64,000 nt of DNA. Source: Christensenella sp. UBA5489. Lineage in GTDB: Bacteria > Bacillota > Clostridia > Christensenellales > UBA1242. The stretch covers positions 2,184-66,183 of the forward strand of contig DIPL01000001.1 in the NCBI GenBank assembly GCA_002424095.1, read 5' to 3'. Positions within the stretch are counted from its first letter, which is position 1. Every line of letters begins with the position of its first letter. The position numbers and the translations under genes are program-made. Below the pieces are notes generated by a model. That model ran no database searches and was not told the origin of the DNA. It saw only the letters and a list, made by a program, of their open reading frames with translations. Below, piece by piece: positions 55,055 to 64,000 of this stretch.

Positions 55055-56566
55055 TTGGAGAAAGCAGCATTAATTGAAATTTGTCCCGCTTCCCTTAAAA
55101 TGACAGTTGTGAGTTTAATCGGCGGAACATATTACAAAAAGAACAATCAAATAATTGAAACTTTAAGATTTGACGAAGACATATATGAAAATCAAACGCT
55201 GAGTATAGCAAAATTTAACGAATGTATAAAAATTTTAAATATTTTTCGTGATGTATGCAAATATAATAATATTGTAAAAATATATTGCGCCGCATCTTCG
55301 ATTTTTTCGAAACTGAAAAATGTACGCAATTTTCTTGAAGATATTCAAGAGCAGGCAGGATTTAATTTTAATGTTATAAGCGAAGATGAAGAACTAAAAT
55401 ATGCCTATAATGCAATTTATAACACTGTTGAACCGAATAAGGCAATTATGCTTTATATAAATCCAAATGACACTTTGGTTATGCATTTTTCCAAAAGAAA
55501 TATAATTTCGTCGCAAGTTTTAAATTTCGGTTCAAACACGCTTGCGGAAAAATTCAAAGATTTCGCAAACGATTCATCTATGGCAATTTCAAAAATGTTG
55601 GATTTTGTAAAAGAGCAGTTTAAAGACTTAGATTTTGAATTTAATGTGGAAGAAATAGGCTTTATAGGAGCAGGTGAGTCATTTCTAACGCTCAGCAAAC
55701 TTGTCCGAAAAATGACGCATTATCCGTTAGATAGAGATAATAATTTCGTGGTAAATAAAGCCGCTTTTTCCAAAGCATTTGAACTTTTGAAAGAATACGG
55801 CTTTGATAAAACAAAAAGACTTGCTAATATTTCCAATGAAAGATTAGATAATATAATCGGCGGATTTGTGATTATGGAAGCATTTTTCAAAAAATTTGAA
55901 AATCCTGCTTTCCACATAGCATCAAAATCAATTTCCGATGCAATTATTTCATCAAAAATAATTAAAGAAAGTCCAAGTGAAGTTTTTGCCGATGTTTTAG
56001 AAAATAGTCTTAATAATTTAAGATATTATTATAATATTGAAGATTCTAATGCTGATTGGGTATATAATTTCACAATTAATTTATTTAAACAAACGTCAAT
56101 AATTCATAAATTAACAAGAAAACATACAAAAGCGCTCAGAATTGCAGCCATTTTGTATGACTGCGGAAAACTCATTGATTTTGAGAATCATCCGAAATAT
56201 AGTAAAGACATAATCCTGAACTCGAAAATTTTCGGAGCCTCACATAAAGACCTTGTTATAGCCGCTTTTGCTTGCCAATGTCAGAATTTGGCAAATTTCA
56301 AACTTTCTGAATGGATAAAATATAAATCAATTGTTGATGAAGATGACTTGATAACTGCAAGAAAAATAGGTGTTTTGATAAAACTCTCCGAAAGTTTAGA
56401 CTGTAATAAACAGCAGAAAATAAGCGATGTAAAATGCGACATACTAGGCGATATTGTGATTATAAAAGTCAAGACGAACAGCAATGCCGAATATGAAATT
56501 CTGGAAGCAGGAAAGATTTCGCCTGCCTTTAAGAAAGTATTTAATAAAGATTTTCAAATAATTTAA
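55055..56566 (+). CDS. Ppx/GppA-family phosphatase with a C-terminal HD domain
   Basis: The N-terminal ASKHA-type fold has FIGAGESFLTLSKL. The HD region is ALRIAAILYDCGKLIDFENHPKYS. TTG start 8 nt after AAGGAG. Confidence 0.65.
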   Translation: MEKAALIEICPASLKMTVVSLIGGTYYKKNNQIIETLRFDEDIYENQTLSIAKFNECIKILNIFRDVCKYNNIVKIYCAASSIFSKLKNVRNFLEDIQEQAGFNFNVISEDEELKYAYNAIYNTVEPNKAIMLYINPNDTLVMHFSKRNIISSQVLNFGSNTLAEKFKDFANDSSMAISKMLDFVKEQFKDLDFEFNVEEIGFIGAGESFLTLSKLVRKMTHYPLDRDNNFVVNKAAFSKAFELLKEYGFDKTKRLANISNERLDNIIGGFVIMEAFFKKFENPAFHIASKSISDAIISSKIIKESPSEVFADVLENSLNNLRYYYNIEDSNADWVYNFTINLFKQTSIIHKLTRKHTKALRIAAILYDCGKLIDFENHPKYSKDIILNSKIFGASHKDLVIAAFACQCQNLANFKLSEWIKYKSIVDEDDLITARKIGVLIKLSESLDCNKQQKISDVKCDILGDIVIIKVKTNSNAEYEILEAGKISPAFKKVFNKDFQII

Positions 56567-56600
56567 TTCTTTTACTTTTAGAAAGTTACACGGCAATCAA

Positions 56601-56631
56601 CAAAACATTAATACAAGTGTTTTGTTTTTTT
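56601..56631 (+). terminator. rho-independent terminator
   Basis: CAAAACA (56601-56607) pairs with TGTTTTG (56618-56624) and is followed by a T7 run. Confidence 0.55.
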
Positions 56632-56750
56632 ATGAGTTTAAGCAAAAAATAAATAGTGAAAATTTAATCACTGCTTTTGTGCTTTCTTAAATTATTTTTT
56701 GAAAACTAAGTTAAAATTCAGCATATAAGATTTTGCAACATCCAACGGCA

Positions 56751-57224
56751 TTAAACATAAACGCCCAAAATTTTAAAACACCGTATTTCTCGTGGATGAT
56801 ATAATTTAAGATTTTTATTCATAGTGTTATTCGTATGAGCCGTTACATAAACCTCTCCATCAGTGATATTTGTAACAACAAGGCTATGATTAAAAAAGGT
56901 TGATTGTTTGATTTGAACAATATCTCCAAGTTCCAGTTCTTCCAGTTCGCAAAGCCGTGCATATGGTCCAAACGTTTTATTCTTTAAAAGAAAATTTTTC
57001 AAAAAATCAACACCCGTCCAACTCGGACTTTTTTCATTCGGACTTATATAAAACCAACCATTTATTTTATAAAAATTCATTACACCGCTACCGGCATAGA
57101 TACATTGAGAAACAAAATTCGTGCAATCACCGCCAATTTTGTCATAATTATAATATTTTGGATTAGTGCTGTTCCACCAAGTAAAAGCATAGTTAACCGC
57201 ACTATTTCTATTATAAGGTTTCAT
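56751..57224 (-). CDS. putative amidase-domain protein (Amidase_6-like)
   Basis: YNRNSAVNYAFTWWNSTNPKYYNY...GGDCTNFVSQCIYAG...SPSWTGVDFL...HSLVV. Confidence 0.65.
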   Translation of the reverse strand: MKPYNRNSAVNYAFTWWNSTNPKYYNYDKIGGDCTNFVSQCIYAGSGVMNFYKINGWFYISPNEKSPSWTGVDFLKNFLLKNKTFGPYARLCELEELELGDIVQIKQSTFFNHSLVVTNITDGEVYVTAHTNNTMNKNLKLYHPREIRCFKILGVYV

Positions 57225-57279
57225 AATAAAATTGTATTCGAAAGAAAAATTTTATGTTAAAGCAAACAAAATATAATAA

Positions 57280-57310
57280 AAAAATCTAAAAATAATTTTT
57301 AGATTTTTTT
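57280..57310. terminator. AT-rich bidirectional hairpin terminator
   Basis: AAAAATCTAAAAA-TAA-TTTTTAGATTTTT is a perfect 13-bp stem followed by a T-run. Confidence 0.45.
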
Positions 57311-57331
57311 ATTAAACATTTAAAGATATTA

Positions 57332-58714
57332 TTAAAATTTAATTTTATCATTAATGAAATTTGTAAGTTCATCAATTTTTAATACAACTTGCTCCATACT
57401 ATCTCTATCACGCAATGTTATAGTATCGTTGGAAAGTGTGTTATCGTCAATTGTAGCACAAAAGGGAGTGCCGATTGCATCTTGTCTGCGGTATCTCTTG
57501 CCGATGCTTCCTGTATCATCATACATTGCCCTAAAACTTTTACAAAGCATTGAATAAATTTCTTTTGCTTTTTCACTATGTGTTTTCTTAATTAAGGGCA
57601 GAACGGCCACTTTAAAAGGTGCTATTGATGGATTAATCTTTAAAATTTCACGTTCAGAACCATCTTCAAGCGTTTCAATATTATAAGCATTATCTAAAAT
57701 TGCCAATATAATTCTATCTAAGCCATAAGAAGCCTCGACAATATAAGGAATAAATTTTTCGCCCGTTATAGCATCTAAATATTCCATATTTTTCCCTGAA
57801 AATTCTTGATGACGACTTAAATCATAATCAGTTCTGTTATGAATTCCGTTAATTTCATCCCAACCCATCATAAATTCATATTGAACATCACATGCGTTTT
57901 TTGCATAATGTGCAAGTTTATCGTGATTTTTGAAACGAAGTTTCTCTTGCGGAAGTCCTAAGCCTTTCAAAAAATCAATGGAGAACTGTTTATAAAATTC
58001 ATAAAACTCCTCGTCCGTTCCTTTTTTACAAAACCATTGATGCTCCATTTGTTCAAATTCAATTGTTCTGAAAGTGAAGTTCCCTGGTGTTATTTCATTT
58101 CTGAATGCTTTGCCTATTTGCCCAATTCCAAAAGGAATTTTAAGTCTCAGACTTCTTTGAACATTGAGAAAATTAACAAATTCGCCTTGTGCAGTTTCAG
58201 GACGCAAATAGACTATGCTTGAACTTTCTTTCGTAACGCCACGAGTTGTTTCAAACATTAAATTAAATTGTCGAATAGGTGTAAAATTATTTTTTTTACA
58301 CACAGGGCAGGAGACTTTATTTTTTATAATGTATTTTTCAATTTCCGTATTATCCATAAGGTCAGCGTTGATTGTTCCATTTGTATAATCCTCAATTAAT
58401 TTATCTGCCCTATGTCTTGTTTTACATTCTCTACAATCCATTAACGGATCAGAAAAAGAAGTAATATGTCCTGATGCTTCCCAAACCTTTGGATTCATAA
58501 GAATTGCTGCATCTATACCGTGCGAGTTTTGACTTTCTTGAATAAATTTTTTCCACCATGCTGATTTTATATTATTTTTAAGTTCAATGCCGACAGGACC
58601 ATAATCCCAAGAATTTGCAAGTCCGCCATATATTTCGCTTCCGGGAAAAATTATTCCCATAATTTTGCAATGTGAAACCAGTTTTTCCATATTCACTTTT
58701 TTTGTTTTATCCAT
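57332..58714 (-). CDS. glyQS: glycine--tRNA ligase (alpha2 homodimeric type)
   Basis: 460-aa class II aaRS. FPGSEIYGGLANSWDYGPVGIELKNNI, FRNEITPGNFTFRTIEFEQMEHQWF, and YIVEASYGLDRI. Confidence 0.95.
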   Translation of the reverse strand: MDKTKKVNMEKLVSHCKIMGIIFPGSEIYGGLANSWDYGPVGIELKNNIKSAWWKKFIQESQNSHGIDAAILMNPKVWEASGHITSFSDPLMDCRECKTRHRADKLIEDYTNGTINADLMDNTEIEKYIIKNKVSCPVCKKNNFTPIRQFNLMFETTRGVTKESSSIVYLRPETAQGEFVNFLNVQRSLRLKIPFGIGQIGKAFRNEITPGNFTFRTIEFEQMEHQWFCKKGTDEEFYEFYKQFSIDFLKGLGLPQEKLRFKNHDKLAHYAKNACDVQYEFMMGWDEINGIHNRTDYDLSRHQEFSGKNMEYLDAITGEKFIPYIVEASYGLDRIILAILDNAYNIETLEDGSEREILKINPSIAPFKVAVLPLIKKTHSEKAKEIYSMLCKSFRAMYDDTGSIGKRYRRQDAIGTPFCATIDDNTLSNDTITLRDRDSMEQVVLKIDELTNFINDKIKF

Positions 58715-59060
58715 AATTTTTCCTTTATTTTAGAAAATTGTATTAATGTTAATTGTTAATATTTTATTAAATCTTGGATTTATTAACTATAATTTTAATA
58801 TCATATAAAAAAATATTAAATAATTTTAAAATTAGATAAATATTTTAAATAATTTGTGATATAATAAATTAACAGGACTTATATCAATCTGCAAGTTATA
58901 AGTACAGTTTCTAGTATATTAAGTTTTGAAGTGATTTGTCAAACTTTTTATCAAAAAACTTTAAAAAATCAAAAATTTATAAAAAATAAGCCCTAAAACA
59001 GTTGCATTAATAAAAAATTGTTATTATAATAATAATGATTTTTAAAAAAGGAGAGAGAAA

Positions 59061-59573
59061 ATGAAATTTTTTAAATCTATTGCATGTTGTGCGGTTGCAC
59101 TTTGTATGAGTTTTATTATGGTTGGTTGTGCGTGTGGCGCTCAGAACATAACATTAGGAACTTATAACGAAGAGACAAATACATTTAGCGCACTTGGTGC
59201 AAATCCTGGCTATTCTTTAACTATTGCTGATAAAGACTTAACCTTAAATGGTGAAATTCCGTATGACGAAGATGGTTTTACAGACCCAGCAGTTGCAGCG
59301 GGAAATATCGTAGTTATTCAGTTTAAATCACCAACAGTGTTAGGGGAAGAGGATGTTCCTGTTATTGAAACAAAAGCACAGGGCGAAACAGAATTTACAG
59401 CACAAGCCAATATCGAAGAAGATAAAACTTTTGTTTGGATTGTAAAGATTGATGCTAAGACTGATGTAAACCAAATTAAGATTACATGGACTGAAGAATC
59501 TGATGCAATTACTTATACTTTAAAAGTTGCGTCAACAGCGACATTAGAAGAAGCACCTGCACCAGAAGTTTAA
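59061..59573 (+). CDS. lipoprotein, function unknown
   Basis: Signal peptide with a lipobox-like FIMVGC|A. 170 aa. Confidence 0.6.
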   Translation: MKFFKSIACCAVALCMSFIMVGCACGAQNITLGTYNEETNTFSALGANPGYSLTIADKDLTLNGEIPYDEDGFTDPAVAAGNIVVIQFKSPTVLGEEDVPVIETKAQGETEFTAQANIEEDKTFVWIVKIDAKTDVNQIKITWTEESDAITYTLKVASTATLEEAPAPEV

Positions 59574-59648
59574 AAATGAGATAAATTAAATTAATAATTA
59601 GATTTGATAAAATATTTCTTATCAAATTAATAAGAATTTAAACTCTAT

Positions 59649-59679
59649 AAAAAATTCCGATTTGAAATCGGAATTTTTT
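59649..59679. terminator. bidirectional rho-independent terminator
   Basis: AAAAAATTCCGATTT-G-AAATCGGAATTTTTT is a perfect palindrome lying between the convergent genes. Confidence 0.6.
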
Positions 59680-59863
59680 ATTTCATTTATTGTTTATTTT
59701 TTATGATTTTATGAATAATTGGTTTCATATTTACTTTTTCAAAAAAATCAGATGCTTTAAAATAACAAAAAACGCAAGTTTTGACCACTCGACTTTTAAA
59801 AAGTGCCAATTGAAAATTTTTAAGATTTATTTTAATTTTGTTTTTTTTATTATTAAAAATGAT

Positions 59864-60706
59864 TTAGTTGTCTAAAAATAGAATTCCGATTGTTTTTTCG
59901 CCACAATGCGAAGAAATTGTTATTCCTGCACGCACAGTATAAATTGTTTTGAAACCTTTATTTTCTAGCGCCGTTTTTATCGTATTAATCATTTCATCAG
60001 TTGCTGTAGTATGCGTTATAAAAGCAGTACTCAAATCAGGGTCAGGATAAGCGTCCATAACATTTTTAGTAAATTTTTCCACAGCTTTGTTCATATTTCT
60101 TTCTTTAAATTTTGCACTGGAAAGCATTTTCCCATCTTTAACGGTAATTTGTGGTTTGATTCCAAAAATGCTTGCCGCCATAAGTTGAGCCAAATTGCAT
60201 CGTCCGCCCTTATGCAAAAATGTTAATTTTTCAATTATAAAATTAACCCTCACTTTTTCACGAAGTTTCAAACATTCTTCATAAACAGTTTTTGCGTCTT
60301 TTCCCTCTTTAATTAAATCTATTGCACGAAGTGCGAGCAAGGCAATGCCTGTTGATAGTGATAAAGAATCTACTACATATACATTTTTCATTTTTTCTGC
60401 TGCTTTTTTAGCATTATCGTAGGCAAGACTAGCACTACTGGATAGTGAAAAGTGAATTACCGCATCGTTGTCTTTTAATAATTTTTCGAAATGTTCTTGG
60501 AATTCCATTTCATTTACTGCGCTGGTTTTAGGCAGAGTTTTTGTTCTTTTAACGAACTCGAACATTTCATCAATAGTAATATCTCCATCTTTAATTAAAT
60601 CGTCTCCTAAAAAAATACCGAATGGAACAGTTGAAATTTCAAATTTTTTCAACATATCCTTTGGTAGGTCGATTGTGCTTTCCGCAGAAATAGCAATTTT
60701 TTTCAT
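59864..60706 (-). CDS. DegV-family fatty-acid-binding protein
   Basis: MKKIAISAESTIDLPKDMLKKFEISTVPFGI...HCGEKTIGILF. An internal GGAGG favours ATG 60706 over the track start 60718. Confidence 0.8.
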   Translation of the reverse strand: MKKIAISAESTIDLPKDMLKKFEISTVPFGIFLGDDLIKDGDITIDEMFEFVKRTKTLPKTSAVNEMEFQEHFEKLLKDNDAVIHFSLSSSASLAYDNAKKAAEKMKNVYVVDSLSLSTGIALLALRAIDLIKEGKDAKTVYEECLKLREKVRVNFIIEKLTFLHKGGRCNLAQLMAASIFGIKPQITVKDGKMLSSAKFKERNMNKAVEKFTKNVMDAYPDPDLSTAFITHTTATDEMINTIKTALENKGFKTIYTVRAGITISSHCGEKTIGILFLDN

Positions 60707-61108
60707 AAATACCTCCATTAATTTATATATTCTATCAAATTATTTGATTTGATAGTATAATTTACTTAAAATTTTATATTCTTTTTTTAATTATTTGAAT
60801 TTAAACTTTCACGTACAAACATTAATCATTTACATTATATACATTAAATTTAAAAAATCAAACATATAAACATAACAAGCATTTTTGGCTTTAATTAATT
60901 TTTTATTAATTTTGTCTAAAATTGTTGTAAATTGTAAAAATAAAACACAAAATTGCTTGTAAAAATTTCTTTTTATGATATTATTATACAATAATAATAT
61001 TTAATTGATCGTTTTAAATAGGTTTTAAACAAAATTGAGTTATAAGGAATGTATTGATACGTGGATGTGAAAGAGAAATTAGAGAAGAATATTAAATTTA
61101 ATGCCTGA

Positions 61109-63459
61109 AAAGACAATAGAGGGAATTATCAATCACTAAAAAGTCATTTAGATAATATTTCTGAAATGGCGAGTGGCTTTGCGCCAATCGCCCCAAATTT
61201 AGCAAGCCTTATAGGTGTTTTACATGATGTAGGAAAAGCATCTTGCCAGTTTCAAACTTACTTAGAAGAAAGTGAAAAGTCTAAAATAAATAACAAAAGA
61301 GGCAAAATCAAGCATTCTATTCAAGGCGCTTTTTTAACTGACGATATTTTCAATTCTCAGCAACAAATAGCACAACTTATAAAAGAAATAATTGAAATTG
61401 TGATTTCAGGGCATCACGGAAATTTAAATGATATTGTCAGTCCCGACGGCGAAAAAGTTTTCTTTGATAAATTAAACTTGTCTAAAAATCCAGAATATGA
61501 TTATAAAAACATACGAAATAATTCAGAATTAATTTTAAATAAAACAGAAATTCACAAGTTTTTTGAAGCAGCCCAAAATGAAATTTCTGTGATTTTGGAT
61601 TTCATAGAAAGTAATTATGAATCTGAACAATCTGCGTCATTTGCACTTGGACTTTTAGTTAAATACATTTACTCTTGCTTGATTGATGCCGATAGGCTGG
61701 ACGCATATTTGTTTGATATTGGAGAAGACATAAATTCCAATCAAAAAGATTTTGATTGGAGTCATTTAATTGATACATTTGAAACAAATATTAAAGAATT
61801 TAAAAATGATAATAAAATTTCAAAAATTCGCTCTTTAATTTCTGAAAAATGTAAAAATGCTGCAAAAAGAGAAACAGGGATATATCAATTATCTGTTCCG
61901 ACAGGTGGCGGAAAAACTTTATCTTCGTTACGCTTTGCCTTGCACCATGCAAAAAATAAAAAGAAAAATCGAATTATCTATGTAATTCCTTATCTTTCAA
62001 TCATTGAACAAACAGCAGAAAGCATTCGTAAAATACTTAATTTAAAACAAAACAAAGATATTATCCTAGAACATCATTCTAATATTGTAACTCCGCTTGA
62101 TGATGAAGAAAGAGGTCTTAGGAAACTAGCCGCTTCTCGTTGGGATAATCCAATTATAATCACAACAATGGTTCAATTTTTAGAAACAGTTATGTCTGCA
62201 AAAGGGAGTAATCTCAGAAAATTTCACAATATGCAAAATAGCGTTATTATCTTTGATGAAATTCAATCATTGCCTGTCAATACAATTCATTTGTTCAATG
62301 AAGTCGCAACTTTTTTATCTAAAATATTAAATTCCACAATTTTGCTTTGTACCGCAACGCAACCTCGCATTGCTGCTACTAAACGACATAATCTGCTATT
62401 ATCAAAAAATCCTAATTTAATTGAAGACTTCGAAAAAGATTTTCAAGATTTAAAGAGAACTAAAATTGTTCCTAAAAAAGAAATGAATATTGATGAATTT
62501 TCTCAATTTATATGGGAAAAATCTCAAAAAAATAATAATTGTTTAACAATCGTAAATAAAAAAAGCCAAGCAAGGCAAGTATATGAAATATTAAAAGAAA
62601 AGAACAAAAATAATAGTTTTAAATTGTTGCATTTAAGTACTTCAATGTGTCCAGCGCATAGAATTGAGACACTTGAAAATATAAAGACTTTATTAAAAGA
62701 AGGAGAGAAAGTTATTTGTGTAAGCACGCAACTTATTGAAGCAGGTGTAGATATATCTTTTGACTGTGTTGTTAGGGCAATGGCAGGTTTAATATTGTGC
62801 AGGCGGCGGGAAGATGCAATAGAAACGGCGGAGATGAAGCAAAGGAGAAAGATGTTTATGTGATTCCGTTAAAAGCAGAAAATTTGGAAAGATTATATGA
62901 CATAAAAAATAAAAAGGAAAAAACTGCGAAAATAATAAACGAAAATAAAGGAGCGGATTTTTTAAGTCAAGAAATATTAAATGAATTTTATAAGCATTAT
63001 TATGATGATAGAGGAGAGTTGATGGATTTTCCAATAAGTAAAACTGGAAATACAACAATTTATTCACTGCTTTCAGAAAATGAAGTTGGTAGACGAAACT
63101 ATAAAAACAGAAAGAATGTTGATTTCTCGCATCTCATCGCTCAGGCATTTACTTCGGCGGGCGAAAATTTTAAGGTTATAGATAATAACACAACCGCAGT
63201 TGTTGTTTATTTTGGTAATGTCGAAACATTGCTTCTTGATTATAAAAAAGCAGATTTGAAAAATAAAATTTCAATTTTGCAAGAGTTGCAGAAATATAGT
63301 GTTTCTTTATTTTCATATGAATATGAAAAGCTTTTAGAGCAAGGTGCTATAACCGAATTAGATGAAGAATTCGGTATTAAATTGCTTGCTTCGTTCTATT
63401 ATTCTAATGAATATGGCGTTACAACCGAAGTCGATGTTGAAAAATATATTCCAGATTAA
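61109..63459 (+). pseudogene. cas3: cas3 (HD nuclease + SF2 helicase; type I-C-like context) with a disrupted 5' end and an internal frameshift
   Basis: HD motifs are QSLKSHL (upstream of the first ATG) and LHDVGKAS. Helicase motifs are VPTGGGKTLSSL, IIFDEIQSLP, CTATQP and QAAGRCNR. The last motif is in a different frame: ORFs 61166-62863 and 62797-63459 overlap, and the junction GGTTTAATATTGTG at 62786-62799 reads AMAGL|NIVQAAGRCNR if one base is restored. Confidence 0.7.
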
Positions 63460-63475
63460 TTAAAAAGGAGAAATA

Positions 63476-64000
63476 ATGAAAAATATTGAGAAAAAACGAA
63501 ATTCAGTAGAGTTCGAAGTGTATGGTAAATATGCTTTATTTTCAGACCCTATTACAAGAGTAGGCGGAGAAAAATTTACATATCAAGTTCCAACATATCA
63601 AGCATTGAAAGGTATGCTGGAAAGTGTTTTTTGGAAACCAACATTTGTTTGGGTTATTGATGCGGTGCGAGTAATGAATAAAATCCAAACCGAAGGAAAA
63701 GGCATTCGTCCAATTAATTTTGGTGGCATATATCCAAGCAAGTTGGCAGTTGGTCAAAAACCAAGCACTGACAAATTTTTCAATAGCCTTGCTTATTACA
63801 CTTATTTAAAGAAAGTGCGTTATCAGGTTTTAGCACACTTTGAATGAAAATCGTGCAGACTTAAAACAAGACCGCAATGAAAATAAACACTTTGATATGG
63901 CAACACGAGCGATAAAAAAGGGTGGCAGACGAGATATTTTTTTAGGAACAAGAGAATGTCAGGCTTATGTTGTTCCTTGTAAGTTTGGTGAAGGTGAAGG
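63476..64000 (+). pseudogene. cas5: cas5 (Cas5d/type I-C-like), frameshifted at ~63845 and running off the window
   Basis: [47 protein letters not shown] closely resembles Cas5d as I remember it. The frame ends at TGA 63845-63847 (..LAHFE*). The +1 frame continues [53 protein letters not shown] without stops to the window end. Confidence 0.7.

Noticed and set aside
60719-61100. I searched the AT-rich 380-bp region upstream of cas3, and all other intergenic gaps, for a CRISPR array or leader.
   Set aside because: No direct repeats of 28-37 bp at regular spacing are visible. In type I-C loci the array normally follows cas2, which would be beyond the window end.
61101-63850. Programmed ribosomal frameshifting as an explanation for the cas3 and cas5 frame changes.
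   Set aside because: There is no slippery heptamer or downstream structure at any of the three sites. The lesions differ in kind (a nonsense or -1 change, a 1-nt loss, and a +1/-2 change). Mutation or sequencing error is the simpler explanation.
1-64000. tRNA, rRNA, tmRNA, RNase P or SRP RNA genes, and IS elements or transposases.
   Set aside because: All intergenic regions are short or extremely AT-rich. None has the G+C-rich helices or conserved boxes of stable RNAs. No ORF shows DDE, serine-recombinase or tyrosine-recombinase motifs.

Overview
This is a 64-kb chromosomal window from a very AT-rich, low-GC Gram-positive organism. By eye the G+C is roughly 30%; I did not compute it. The lineage looks Firmicutes/Clostridia-like: L27 carries a Prp-cleavable N-terminal extension next to a prp gene, there is a pro-sigma-K gene, and the holins are BhlA/UviB-type and phiLC3-type. 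The standard code 11 applies. Trp is TGG and long ORFs are intact.

Gene content, left to right:
- 3' end of cls
- rpmG-secE-nusG-rplK-rplA
- rplU-prp-rpmA
- ogg
- an ~18.5-kb phage-derived island (6.35-24.95 kb)
- pdp, tsaE-tsaB-rimI, an alpha/beta hydrolase, and a MurF with a polytopic N-terminus
- a minus-strand pair: a 704-aa polytopic protein and a YdjI/SPFH-like protein
- DUF1858-trpS
- the complete S10-spc-alpha ribosomal cluster (rpsJ to rplQ, 36.5-53.8 kb, including secY, adk, map, infA, rpmJ and rpoA)
- sigK (minus strand), a ferredoxin, a Ppx/GppA-HD phosphatase, an Amidase_6 protein, glyQS, a lipoprotein and a DegV protein
- the start of a type I-C-like cas operon (cas3, cas5) carrying several reading-frame lesions

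I found no rRNA, tRNA, CRISPR array, transposase or integrase in the window.

The most unusual region is the phage-derived island. It encodes TerL, a TerS-like protein, portal, scaffold, capsid and two holins. I can recognise no integrase, replication, tape-measure/fibre or endolysin genes. The terminase gene is separated from terS and portal by a ~6.8-kb insert. That insert holds three diverged tandem paralogues of an unrecognised family behind a perfect consensus promoter, plus a 750-aa GLUG-motif surface protein.

All functional calls come from motif and synteny recognition by eye. No database search was run.
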